NCBI RefSeq assembly: GCF_006345805.1
Contig: NW_021835755.1
Location: 1 to 38,415, forward strand
Length of the DNA stretch: 38,415 nt
Direction: 5' to 3'
From: Octopus sinensis
Taxonomy: Eukaryota
This document shows positions 23,891 to 34,585 of this stretch, piece after piece (position 1 is the stretch's first letter; the number at the start of each line of letters is the position of its first letter). The position numbers and the translations under genes were made by a program. The notes below the pieces were generated by a model. It saw only the letters and a list, made by a program, of their open reading frames with translations, was not told the origin of the DNA and searched no databases.

Positions 23891-24263
23891 TTTGTGATCG
23901 TTATCATCAATATCACCCCATCACCATTCTCATCATTCTCGTCGTTATCATTATTAGCCTCGTTATCTTCATTAAATTTTCAACTACTACAATATATATA
24001 TATGAAAATTTCAACTACAAACCACCAATAACACTAAAGAATTTTATATTTATTGTTACTGCAGATAGTGATAACAATAATATCTATAAAGATATTCATT
24101 TCTGAATATTTACTCCTTATTAGAATATGTATATATTTGAAAACCCCACTAGAATGGGAGAAAGCGCTAATGATCTAAGTGATATGATATATATGTAAAA
24201 AATGTAATATATAAATAAATATCTGTAAATATAAACCATCCGATCTTCTGATTACCTCATTTC

Positions 24264-24317
<54 letters not shown>

Positions 24318-24340
24318 CTATATATATATATATATATATA

Positions 24341-24419
24341 TAAGTACCAGTTGAGCACTGGGGTCGATCTAATCCTCTCCCCTGGAATTGCTGGGCATAT
24401 GCCAAGATTTGAAATCAAT
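24341..24419 (+). mobile_element. SINE family B 3' fragment
   Basis: taagtaccagttgagcactggggtcgatctaatcc..aattgctgggcatatgccaagatttgaaatc. Confidence 0.65.
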
Positions 24420-24422
24420 ATA

Positions 24423-24652
24423 TACAGAGTTGGCCAAAAGTCACCTGACAGTTAATCAAAACCATTTAATTCCAAGATTTATTTATGTTTAACAACTGAA
24501 TGAATTTAATAAAAGTATCTGAATATGAAATATCACGAAAATTGTTCGAACTGAAGTCCTTGTGCAGCATATTTTTCTATTTGAGTCTATACTGAATTAC
24601 AGATAGTATTTATGGAATTTTGATTTACTGTCGGGTAACTTTTGGCCCAAAC

Positions 24653-24656
<4 letters not shown>
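24423..24656. mobile_element. 230-bp Tc1-like MITE
   Basis: 28-bp TIRs: CAGAGTTGGCCAAAAGTCACCTGACAGT (24425-24452) and the reverse complement of 24627-24654, CAGTTTGGGCCAAAAGTTACCCGACAGT. TA on the left, TG at a microsatellite edge on the right. Confidence 0.85.
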
Positions 24657-24716
<60 letters not shown>

Positions 24717-24742
24717 GTGTGTGTATGTATGTATGTATGTAT

Positions 24743-24947
24743 CAGAGGGGACGCTGAAAAGTATCGCAGAAGGCTTGGTTTGGAGGCCCACCCTTCCGAG
24801 TTCTTTTACTGGGTTTAGAAAAACTGAAGGACCTCTGCCATAAGTGTGTGAACCTGAGAGAGAAATACATTGGATAAAATCATAATTAACAGATCCTCCT
24901 GCATTTTCTTTTACCCAAAGCCAAGAACTATTCAGCACCCCCTAATA
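24743..24947 (+). mobile_element. About 205-bp internally deleted mariner derivative
   Basis: TIRs GAGGGGACGCTGAAAAGT and AACTATTCAGCACCCCCT. Retains the transposase C-terminus LEKLKDLCHKCVNLREKYIG*. Confidence 0.75.
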
Positions 24948-24949
24948 TG

Positions 24950-25720
24950 CATATTTAAATCTTCTAGTGGGAAGATTCTGGTCTTGGGCCTCAATTAAAA
25001 CCCTTCAGTCTTAACTTTGAGTCCTCTGTCTCCTTGCTAGAGCTAAATTGCTTTCTTTCACTCACTTCAACTTTGTTTACCCATGTCAGCCATTTGTCAT
25101 GTAGTGAATTATATATTTTCTTTGCGATCTTTTTAACACAACACTCTGTGGTTTAATTTGCAGTTTAGTTTTATTTCTTTTTAGCATCTGCTGTTGTGTT
25201 TTCTCAATTTTCTTCGAAGTTCTTTGTCACCTCAACCTCCATTTTGTATTTACTGGTTTCACTGATGACAGGAAGCAGCTTTTAGTTTTCTTTATATTAT
25301 TACGCAATATTTGTATTCGTTTCTCATTAATCTTTAATATTTCTTCTACCCCCACAGTAGATATTACATTATAAGCTACTGTATATATGGCAAATATTAT
25401 TTTTCTACGTCACATTTTATGTGGTGTGTTCTAAATACAAAAAAAGTATTTTTTTCTTCATTTCTGTTTAGTCTTGCTAATTCACTTTACGTCCAGTTGA
25501 GAATATTATAAGTATAATTTATTACTGGAACACATAAAGTATTTATACCTATAATTTTATCTTTTGCATTTGATTGTTTGAAACATCAATCTTATGTATT
25601 TATAATATTCCTTTCAAAACTCTTCTTTCGTTGCTAATGGAAGTCAGCGCTTAGTCTGTCTAATTATCTCATCTGTTTCTATGTCTAACATGATCTTACT
25701 GGTCATATTTCTTTTTCTTC
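24950..25720 (-). mobile_element. Decayed R4/Dong-clade (RLE-type) non-LTR retrotransposon fragment, RT C-terminal region
   Basis: Manual minus-strand translation across frameshifts: KEYYKYIRLMFQT / SNAKDKIIGINTLCVPVINYTYNILNWT*SELARLNR / RTHHIKCDVEK*YLP / SLHDKW / GLKVKTEGF-LIEAQDQNLPTR. This matches, in order, the R4/Dong motifs KEYxxR..LNAKNKIxAINTxAVPVxxY..W..EL..LDR..HHPKSDxxRLYLP..LHG..GLKxETEGFxIAAQDQxLxTR. Confidence 0.85.
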
Positions 25721-25959
25721 ATTAAAAATGATATTAGCAATTTAACATGACATAAATGTTTTTATTATTATTTTTAACAGCTTTATTATTTATTTGAAAG
25801 ATAGCAAGCATAGCCGTCACTCGCAAGTGAGTAGGATTTGGTAATATGTATCGAAATTTCGCTCATTATTTTAGGTGCCTATGCAGTCGTAAGCAGACAC
25901 AGAGGCCATTTCGGGCCTCGTACCCTCTAACCCAGCAGTACAATCAGAATGAGACAGCT

Positions 25960-26100
25960 GGCATTTGCTCACTCTTTACGTTCTGAGTTCAAATTCTGTC
26001 GGCGTTGACTTTACTTTTTATCCTTTCGGGGCCAATAAAACAAGTACCAGTCGAGCACCTCCTCAAAAATTTCAGGCTTGTGCCTATAGACGAAATGATA
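25960..26100 (+). mobile_element. SINE family B, partial
   Basis: ttacgttctgagttcaaattctgtcggcgttgactttactttttatcctttcggggccaataaaacaagtaccagtcgagcac..aaaatttcaggcttgtgcctatag. Confidence 0.65.
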
Positions 26101-26540
26101 ATTATCACCGACTGTTTTCAATAGTTTTTTGACAGACGACTATTAACTGCATTACCAAATGCATCTTCGTATTGCTCTGGCATGAGCAGCAGCGGCCTTT
26201 GAAAATGCAAGGTTGCATTTATACGCTAATTCAGTTCTTTTGATTTCTGGTAAAATTTGTCTTGTGGTTTACGGCGTTGAGTGATTTTTGTATTGTGTAG
26301 ACCATATGTTGTGTGGGTTCAGTAATTTTGCTTCAGAGGAAATATGCAGAATATGCACTATGTGGGTTGTGTTTCTATGCTAGAAGTGTGCATTGTGTGA
26401 CAATATTTGAGAAGTAACTGCGTAGAATATGTCTTAGTTGGAATGTGTTACTATATTTAAAAGAAACTGCGCAGAATGTGTTGTGTGGGACGTGTCATTG
26501 CATCTTAGAAGCAACTGTGTATGATGCGTATTGTCAAGGA

Positions 26541-26774
26541 CATTGCTACTCAAAGTGGTGGTCCTCGGACAGGTGCCGGTCCGGCACGCGGCCAGTTTCC
26601 AGAAACATTATAAAATACTTATAAAATGCTTATGTAATATTGTATTAGTTGTTTACAAAATAAATATATATTGTTTCCGGTATAAATTAATATTACTAAG
26701 AAATATTACCGGTCCTTGGCACATTGGAAAACAAAAATGGCGTTACGTCACTTCAGATAGCTTGAGAAGCACTG
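26541..26774. mobile_element. 234-bp hAT (Charlie-like) MITE with 8-bp TSD
   Basis: Ends CATTGCTACTCAAAGT and AGCTTGAGAAGCACTG. Flanks gtcaagga (26533-26540) and gtctagga (26775-26782), one mismatch, close to the Charlie target NTCTAGAN. Confidence 0.8.
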
Positions 26775-27005
26775 GTCTAGGATGTGTCACTATATTTGAA
26801 GAGTAACAGTATAGAGAAGTTATGGGCATACTGCAGCTCGTGTGACTTTCTAAATAGCAGGATTAATGAAAAATTAATTTGAATTGTTTTAGTAGGACGG
26901 CCAGCCTGATGATGAGTCATATCTCATGAGGCCCGCTTCACAAAAACGGTTGCTTATGCCTGATGGAGATCATGTGCTTGGTGGGTTGTGTTACTATATT
27001 TGAAG

Positions 27006-27224
27006 GTGGCGAGCTGGCAGAAACGTTAGCACGCCGGGCGAAATGCTCAGCCGCATTTCGTCTGTCGCTACGTCATGAGTTCAAATTCCGCCGAGGTCGA
27101 CTTTGCCTTTCATCCTCTCGGGGTCGATAAATAAAGTACCAGTTTCGCACTGGGTCGATGTAATCGACTTAATCCCTTTGTTTGTCCCCTCTATGTTTAA
27201 CCCCTTGTGGGTAGTAAAGAAATA
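27006..27224 (+). mobile_element. SINE family B, young, with 11-bp TSD
   Basis: TATATTTGAAG at 26995-27005 and 27225-27235; full head, central module and aaagaaata tail. Confidence 0.9.
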
Positions 27225-27649
27225 TATATTTGAAGAGTTACTACGCAAAATAAACATAGTGTGTGTGTATGTGGCAGGAGTACTTGTGATTATATTTCAG
27301 GAGTAACTGTGTTGAATATGTAGTGTATAGGTCCATTTATTATATTTGGGGAGTAACTGTATAAGGTATACAGTATGATGGGGGTGTGTCACAATATTTG
27401 GGGAGTAACTGTGTTGAATATGTAGTGTATGGATCCTTTTATTAAATTTAGGGAGTAACTGTAAACTATGGGGCGTGTTCCTATATTTCAGGAGTAACTG
27501 TGTTGAATATGTAGTGTGTGGGTATTTATATTATATTTGGGGAGTAACTGTGTGTGTGTATGTGTGTGTGTGTGAGAGAGAGAGTTCTTGTTATATTTCA
27601 CGAGTAACTGTGTTGACTATATAGTGTGTGTTGACTATATATAGCTCTA

Positions 27650-27880
27650 GGCGGCGAGCTGGCAGAATCGTTAGCACGCCGGGCAAAATGCTTAGCGGTA
27701 TTTTGTCTGCCGCTACGTTCTCAGTTCAAATTCCGCCGAGGTCGACTTTGCCTTTCATCCTTTCGGGGTCGATAAATAAAGTACCAGTTTCGCACTGGGG
27801 TCGATGTAATTGACTTAATCCCTTTGTCTCTCCTTGTTTGTCCCCTCTGTGTTTAGCCCCTTGTGGGTAGTAAAGAAATA
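27650..27880 (+). mobile_element. SINE family B, young, full length
   Basis: ggcggcgagctggcagaatcgttagcacgccggg...gtttagccccttgtgggtagtaaagaaata. Possible TSD tatatag(tgtgtgttg). Confidence 0.9.
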
Positions 27881-28196
27881 TATATAGTGTGTGTTGGGGG
27901 AGGGGAGAGCGTGTTATTGTAATTCAGGAGTAATTGTAATGGGTCCTCTTATTACATTTAGGGAGTAACTGTATAAAATATTTTGGTGTAGGGAAGTGAG
28001 GGGAAGGGGGCGTGTTACTATAATTGATGAGTAACAATGTAGATTATGTTGGTGTCTGGGTCCTGTCAATTGATTGGAAGAGGGTTGTGTTCTATACGTG
28101 CGGTTCTACAACGATTCTGCAGAGTATGTGTGCGGTGTATTGATAGATGATTGCGTGGAATATATGATGGGCACAAGATGCTACAGGAATGAAATA

Positions 28197-28210
28197 TCAT
28201 CATCGTCATC

Positions 28211-28242
<32 letters not shown>

Positions 28243-28477
28243 CGTCGTCGACGTTATCATCATCATCATCATCATTGTCATCGTCGTCGTCGTCGTCGTT
28301 GACTTCATCATCAACAGCGTCGTCGTCGTCGTCATTATCATCATCAACACCACCACCATCATCATCGTCATCGTTGTCATGATTATTATTATTATTATTA
28401 TTATATTATTATTATTATTATTATTTTATTATTATTATTATTATTATTTTATTATTATTATTATTATTATTATTATC

Positions 28478-28509
<32 letters not shown>

Positions 28510-28513
28510 TATT

Positions 28514-28553
<40 letters not shown>

Positions 28554-28590
28554 CGTTGTTGTTATTGATGTTGTTGTTATTGTTGCTATT
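28197..28590. repeat. (CAT/CGT)n then (ATT)n then (GTT)n block
   Basis: Directly visible. Confidence 0.9.
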
Positions 28591-28999
28591 ATTATTTGCT
28601 TTCGTAAATGCTTATACATGGCCAGAATTGTAATTCCATTGAATATAGTGTGTAAAGAGTGTACAGACACCCTCGCCCCACACACATGCACACACCCATA
28701 CACCCACACACACACAAACGCACTCACGCACACCTGCATATATTTACATACACAAGCATACAGACACACAAACAACAGACATATTTAAAACCCGGTTTAC
28801 AGAAAATATGCAAATAATAAACACAGAGAACATTAGCCATAAAACAGGAAATAAAACTCAAAGTAACGTTAACGGACGTACATATATACACACAAACACA
28901 TACGCATATATACCCCGCTAACACCTTTATATATATACCAACAAATACACACACACACACACACTCACATATATATATATACAATCACAATACATACAC

Positions 29000-29024
29000 A
29001 CACTCACATATATACATTCGCAAT

Positions 29025-29058
<34 letters not shown>

Positions 29059-29426
29059 GTATAAATGTATAAGCTAGACGTATATGTTTATGCATATATA
29101 CATATATATATATCTATATATACACACACACGCACATATATACATTCGCAATACATACATACATACATACATACACACACATATAATATATATATATATA
29201 TATGTATAAATGTATAGGCTAGACGTATATCTTTATGCATATATACATATATATATATACTTTGATACTTTGATACTTTGATATATATACATATATATAT
29301 ATATAATATATATACACGTACATATATACATTCGCAATACATACATACATACACACACATATAATATATATATATATCTATAAATGTATAGGCTAGACGT
29401 ATATGTTTATGCATAATATATATATA

Positions 29427-29440
<14 letters not shown>
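29000..29440 (+). repeat. Three-copy tandem repeat (130-190 bp units) with unique anchors in a microsatellite matrix
   Basis: cattcgcaatac at 29015, 29143, 29329; gctagacgtat at 29073, 29218, 29392. Confidence 0.8.
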
Positions 29441-29460
<20 letters not shown>

Positions 29461-29869
29461 CACACATACACATAAACATATATACTTATATGTTTATGTG
29501 TATATATATATGTGTGTGTATGTGTGTTCTGTTGCTTCCATTCTGTTTACTATGTAGTTTTTTTATTCTTCAAAAAATGATATTTTTTTTTAACATGTCC
29601 ATTGAAATCTCTATGAGTAAAGCAAAAGCATTTCTCTAACGCAGGACAAAAGGCGGGATGAGTGGAGTGGCGGGAGATAGGTACGTTTTCACCAGTCTGC
29701 TTTCTTGATTCAATCAAACTGGTGTTGAAATGAGAACTATCGTGTGCATAAATATTTGTGTATACATACATAATACATACATACACTCATATATACATAC
29801 GTTCATATTTATATAAATAATACATAAGTACTTGAACATATACATATATATACACATATCTATCTATAT

Positions 29870-30472
29870 TCATGAATGTATGTACGCATGTAAGTATGTA
29901 TGTATGTATGTATGTATGTATGTATGTATGTATGCATGTATGTATTGATGTATGTATGTATCCATGTATGTATGCATGCGTGTATGTATGTATGTATGTA
30001 TGTATGTATGCATGTATGTATGCATGCATGCATGCATGTATGTATGTATGTATGTATGTATGTATGCATGCATGTATGTATGTATGCATGTATGTATGTA
30101 TGTATGTATGTATGTATGTATGCATGTATGTATGCATGCATGCCATGCATGTATGTATGTTGTATGTATGTATGTATGCATGCATGTATGTATGTATGTA
30201 TGTATGTTATGTATGTATGTATGCATGATGTATGCATGCATGCATGCATGTATGTATGTATGTATGTTATGTATGCATGCATGTATGTATGTATGTATGT
30301 ATGTATGTATGTATGCTGCATGTATGTATGTATGTATGTATGTATGTATGCATGCATGTATGTATGTATGTATGTATGTATGTATGTATGTATGTATGTA
30401 TGTATGTATGTATGTTTGTATGTATGTATGTATGTATGATATGTATGTATGTATGTATGATATGTATGTATG

Positions 30473-30503
<31 letters not shown>

Positions 30504-30640
30504 TGTATGTATGATATGTATGTATGTGTGTATGTATGTATGTATGTATGTATGTATGTATGTATGTATGTATGTATGTATGTTTGTATGTATGTATGTA
30601 TGTATGATATGTATGTATGTATGTATGATATGTATGTATG

Positions 30641-30671
<31 letters not shown>

Positions 30672-30719
30672 TGTATGATATGTATGTATGTATGTATGAT
30701 ATGTATGTATGTATGTATG

Positions 30720-30750
<31 letters not shown>

Positions 30751-30773
30751 TGATATGTATGTATGTATGTATG

Positions 30774-30804
<31 letters not shown>

Positions 30805-30940
30805 TGGATGGATGATATGTTTGTATGTATTATGTATGTATGATATATATGTATGTATGTATGTATGATATGTATGTAGTATGTCTGTATGTATGATATG
30901 TATGTATGTATATATGTATGATATGTATGTATGTATGTAT
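29870..30940. repeat. About 1.07 kb (TATG)n array with polarised variant units
   Basis: GCAT variants in the left half, ATGAT variants in the right half. Confidence 0.95.
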
Positions 30941-31834
30941 TGTATATATATATATATTATATATTATATATATATATAATATATATATAATATATAAATA
31001 GATGCGTATGTTTATATGCTACACACATATACATATTTTCTGGAATATGCACACATTTGTGTGTATAGACCGTTATGTTTCCTCCGCGTTTATATATATA
31101 TATATCGTACCTGTAAAATTAAGATAATGGTATATCCATATTTATATCCATGTCTATACATGTACGCGTGTATACACACATAGATATGTATACATGAATA
31201 CCTGTATGCCCTTGTGTATATGTATGTGTGGTGTGTGTGTGTGTGTGTATCTACCTGCATGTATCTGATCTAGCTACCTGTCCGTTTGCCTGACTGCCCG
31301 AATGACTGCCTGTATATATGTGTATATATATATATATATTATATATATATGTATGTATGTATATGTATGTGTATGTATGTATGTATATATGTAGGTATAT
31401 GTATGTATGTATGTATATATATATGCACACACACTCATATGAAAAAACGGAAATTCTGAAAACGAAAACAAAAAAAATACAAGCAACACATAAATAAGCA
31501 TAAAAAAATTAGACATGGCAGAAAGACATCGAATAAGATGGAGAGCAACACAAAGAAACCGAAAGATAGTGAGACGGAAAGTACGTGAAAGTCAATCAGA
31601 TATATAGAGAGGGAAGTGAAGAAAAGAAAGAGGGAGGGAGGGAGAGAGAGAGAGGGGGGAGTGAGTGAGTGAGTGAGTGAGAAGCAGATAGACAAAGAGA
31701 TAGGCAGATTATAGGATATAAAGATAGAAACACCGTGAAATTGTTAGGAGGGAAAAGACTACGCATGAAAAAGTGAAACCCTGAAAGATACTGAGTGAGA
31801 GGGAGAGAGCGAGAGAGAGAGAGAGACAGAGAGG

Positions 31835-32095
31835 GAGAGAGAGAGACAGAGACAGAGAGAATAAAGACAGAGACAGAGAGACAGAGACACAGACTGAGAG
31901 ACAGAGAGACAGAGAGAGAGGGAGAGACAGAGACAGAGACAGAGAGAATAAAGACAGAGACAGAGAGACAGAGACACAGACTGAGAAACAGAGAGACAGA
32001 GGGAGGGAGAGACAGAGACAGAGACAGAGAGATTAAAGACAGAGACAGAGAGAGAGAGACAGAGAGGCAGAGAGAGAGAGAGAGGGGTAAAGAGA
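31835..32095 (+). repeat. GA/GACA-rich higher-order repeat, about 86-bp unit x3
   Basis: a(a/t)taaagacagagacagagaga at 31860, 31947 and 32032. Confidence 0.8.
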
Positions 32096-32237
32096 GCGAG
32101 TCAGACGATATCTGAATGACATTTACTTTCGCATGTGTCGATAAGAAAAGATCTGTGTGTTTGTATGTGTATGTTAGTTATGCCTGTGTCTGTGCTATTG
32201 TATGCGTGATACTAAATACATATCTACATGTGTGTGT

Positions 32238-32277
<40 letters not shown>

Positions 32278-32588
32278 TGTCTGTGTGTGTATGTTGGTCT
32301 ATGCTGTGTAGGGTACGTGTGCATATATAAAAATGTGCGTTTGTTTCCTGTATAAATACTACATATATGTACATACACACACACACACACATATATATAC
32401 ATGTATATATACATGTGTGTATGTGTATGTATACGCACACACATATACACGCATTTATATTTATATACATACATATATGTATATGTACACACACACATAT
32501 ATATGTATGTATATACATACATACATACATATTATATATGTATATATATATACATATATATATGTATATATTACATATATATATAATA

Positions 32589-32633
<45 letters not shown>

Positions 32634-32640
32634 ACACACA

Positions 32641-32680
<40 letters not shown>

Positions 32681-33013
32681 TATGATGTGTATGTGTGTGT
32701 GTGAGTGTGTGTATAATCATATATACTTGCACATATATTTCAGTATCTCTCTTCGTTTCTATGCATATATATATATATCATCTCGTATGAGAGAGAAGGT
32801 GAGATAAATAAACACACAGGGAAAGAGAGAGAAAGAGAGATTGAGGTGGGGGAGAAGAAGAGTGAAAGAGAAAGAGAGACGGTGTTGAATTATTCGAAAA
32901 TAATGAAGTTTTCCTTCAGAATTCTTCTCGTAAACGTTTAGATTTGGAAATAACAGTATACTTGGTTTCGTTTTAAAATATTGAAAGTGAGGCTTTTTTG
33001 TTCGAATGATTTA

Positions 33014-33022
33014 ACTCACCTC
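33014..33022 (-). promoter_or_regulatory. Candidate 5' splice donor GAG|GTGAGT ending a putative non-coding exon
   Basis: Plus strand ACTCAC-CTC, at the left edge of a CpG-retaining stretch. No transcript evidence. Confidence 0.3.
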
Positions 33023-33287
33023 GCCGTAAAACTCAACAACAACAACAACAACAACAACAACAACGATGCTGCTGCTGCTACTGACAACAACAACAGTAGC
33101 AAGAACGGCAACTACGTCATCATCGAATGTAAGAAAAAAGATTCAGACACACAAAATAATAAATAAATAAATCGTCTAAAAATTCTATGAAACCATCGAT
33201 TTAGGTATTCAGAAATACGCTTCAATGTTCGTTCGAGACCGTCTCTACCCTCTCACTTGCGATGTCTTATGCTTCGTATTTGCAGTT

Positions 33288-33318
<31 letters not shown>

Positions 33319-33641
33319 AAAACTACACACACAACACACACACACACACACACAAAACTACACACACACACACACACACATACACACACACACATCTTTC
33401 TCTTAAACAGTTGTTGCCGTGTGCACATTAAAATATTCTCAGTTTTGGTTAGATCGATAACAGAACCATTTTGGCGAAACGTTTTCGACAAAATATTTTC
33501 CAGTATTTATTAATGTTACGTTTTGTGCTTGAAGATCAAATCCGGCCGTGGTCATCTCGCTGGGGTGGGAGTAGTGGGGTGATGAAGGTTAACAAAATAA
33601 AGTGACAGTTGAGTTCTGATATCGTAGTAATGAATCAATAC

Positions 33642-33886
33642 ATCTCTTGTCCCAAAATTGCTTAAGGTGTGTGCCGCTGCTGGGCTGCCCTTAAGTTTGC
33701 CACTTCCTATCCCGCAAATAGTCTACACAGTCTTATATAGCATATCCAAAAGATATAGCAGATCTCTTGTCCCAAAATTGCTGGCAGTGGTGCCGCTAAG
33801 ACGTGTGCCGCTGCAGGGCTGCCCTTAAGTTTGCCACTTCCTTTCCCGCAAATAGTCTACACAGGCTTATATAGCAAATCCAAAAG
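33642..33886 (+). repeat. 120-bp tandem duplication
   Basis: atctcttgtcccaaaattgct at 33642 and 33762. The second copy has an extra 14 nt, ggcagtggtgccgc. Confidence 0.9.
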
Positions 33887-33967
33887 TGTTGCACCCGTAA
33901 AAGTGTCAAGCAGGGTGGGCTACCCCAGTTGCCCCTTCCTCCGTCTTCCCCTCTTGCTACGTCACAG
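33785..33967. mobile_element. 183-bp degenerate MITE with 8-bp TSD (hAT-like) inside a family B tail
   Basis: Ends CAGTGGTGCCGC and GCTACGTCACAG (7/12 match). Flanks attgctgg (33777-33784) and atcgctgg (33968-33975). Removing it restores cccaaaattgctggccttgt. Confidence 0.6.
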
Positions 33968-34009
33968 ATCGCTGGCCTTGTCTCCAGATTAGAAGCAATG
34001 TTACATTTC

Positions 34010-34228
34010 AAGGCTGCGAAGTGATAAAATCATCAGTGTCGAGATTTCAAAAAATGCGTTGCCGTATTTCTTTACGTTGTGAGTTCAAATCCTACCGGAG
34101 ATCAACTTTACTTTTCACCATTTCGGAGTCAATAAAATAAAGTACCAGTCAAGAAAAGAGATCGATGGTACCAACTAATACCGTTCCTCTAAAATTCTTG
34201 TCCTTATGCCTAAACCAGAAGCAATTAA
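34010..34228 (+). mobile_element. SINE family B, diverged
   Basis: tttacgttgtgagttcaaatcctaccggagatcaactttacttttcaccatttcggagtcaataaaataaagtaccagtc..aaaattcttgtccttatgcct. Confidence 0.65.
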
Positions 34229-34336
34229 TGGCACCAAGCTGAAAGAAAGCTTTGCGTTATTTGTTCCGATTCTTTGTGTTCGGAGTTCAATTCTAAATGG
34301 AGTCATCATCGTCTTTCTTGCTTTCAAGTAACCTTC

Positions 34337-34396
34337 AGTACGATGGCCGAGTGGTTACGACATCTGTCCGCGTGGGTTCGAACCCCACTCGTGCTA
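34337..34396 (+). pseudogene. tRNA-Leu-derived pseudogene lacking the anticodon arm (60 nt)
   Basis: Acceptor stem AGTACGA/TCGTGCT (one G-U), discriminator A, A box TGGCCGAGTGG, variable arm GACA-TC-TGTC, T arm GTGGG-TTCGAAC-CCCAC. Colinear with metazoan tRNA-Leu(UAA)-type genes except for a 23-nt deletion. Confidence 0.85.
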
Positions 34397-34409
34397 ATAA
34401 ATTCTTATT

Positions 34410-34585
34410 GGCGTAGGAGTGGCTGTGTGGTAAGTAGCTTGCTTACCAACCACATGGTTCCGGGTTCAGTCCCACTACGTGGCACCTTGGACAAGTGTCT
34501 TCTACTATAGCCTCGGGCCGACCAAAGCCTTGTGAGTGAATTTGGTAGACGGAAACTGAAAGAAACCCGTCGTATATATATATAT
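34410..34585 (+). mobile_element. SINE family A, 5' half, ending at the internal (TA)n
   Basis: ggcgtaggagtggctgtgtggtaag...gaaactgaaagaaacccgtcgtatatata. Confidence 0.9.

Larger units (their letters stand above)
26397..28037 (+). repeat. Interrupted minisatellite: 15 copies of a 24-nt core (about GTTAYT ATATTTSRGG AGTAACTG) with 11-42 nt linkers
   Basis: Cores start at 26397, 26447, 26494, 26786, 26990 (split by a SINE), 27286, 27336, 27388, 27438, 27477, 27527, 27587, 27913, 27948 and 28014. Confidence 0.85.

Noticed and set aside
26904-26935. CTGATGA-T-GAG-tcatat-CTC hairpin as a hammerhead
   Set aside because: Stem II is followed by ATGA instead of the required GAAA, and there is no stem III/NUH site.
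26397-28037. CRISPR array interpretation of the core/linker array
   Set aside because: Eukaryotic context, no cas genes, degenerate cores, and linkers that are homologous to each other rather than unique spacers.
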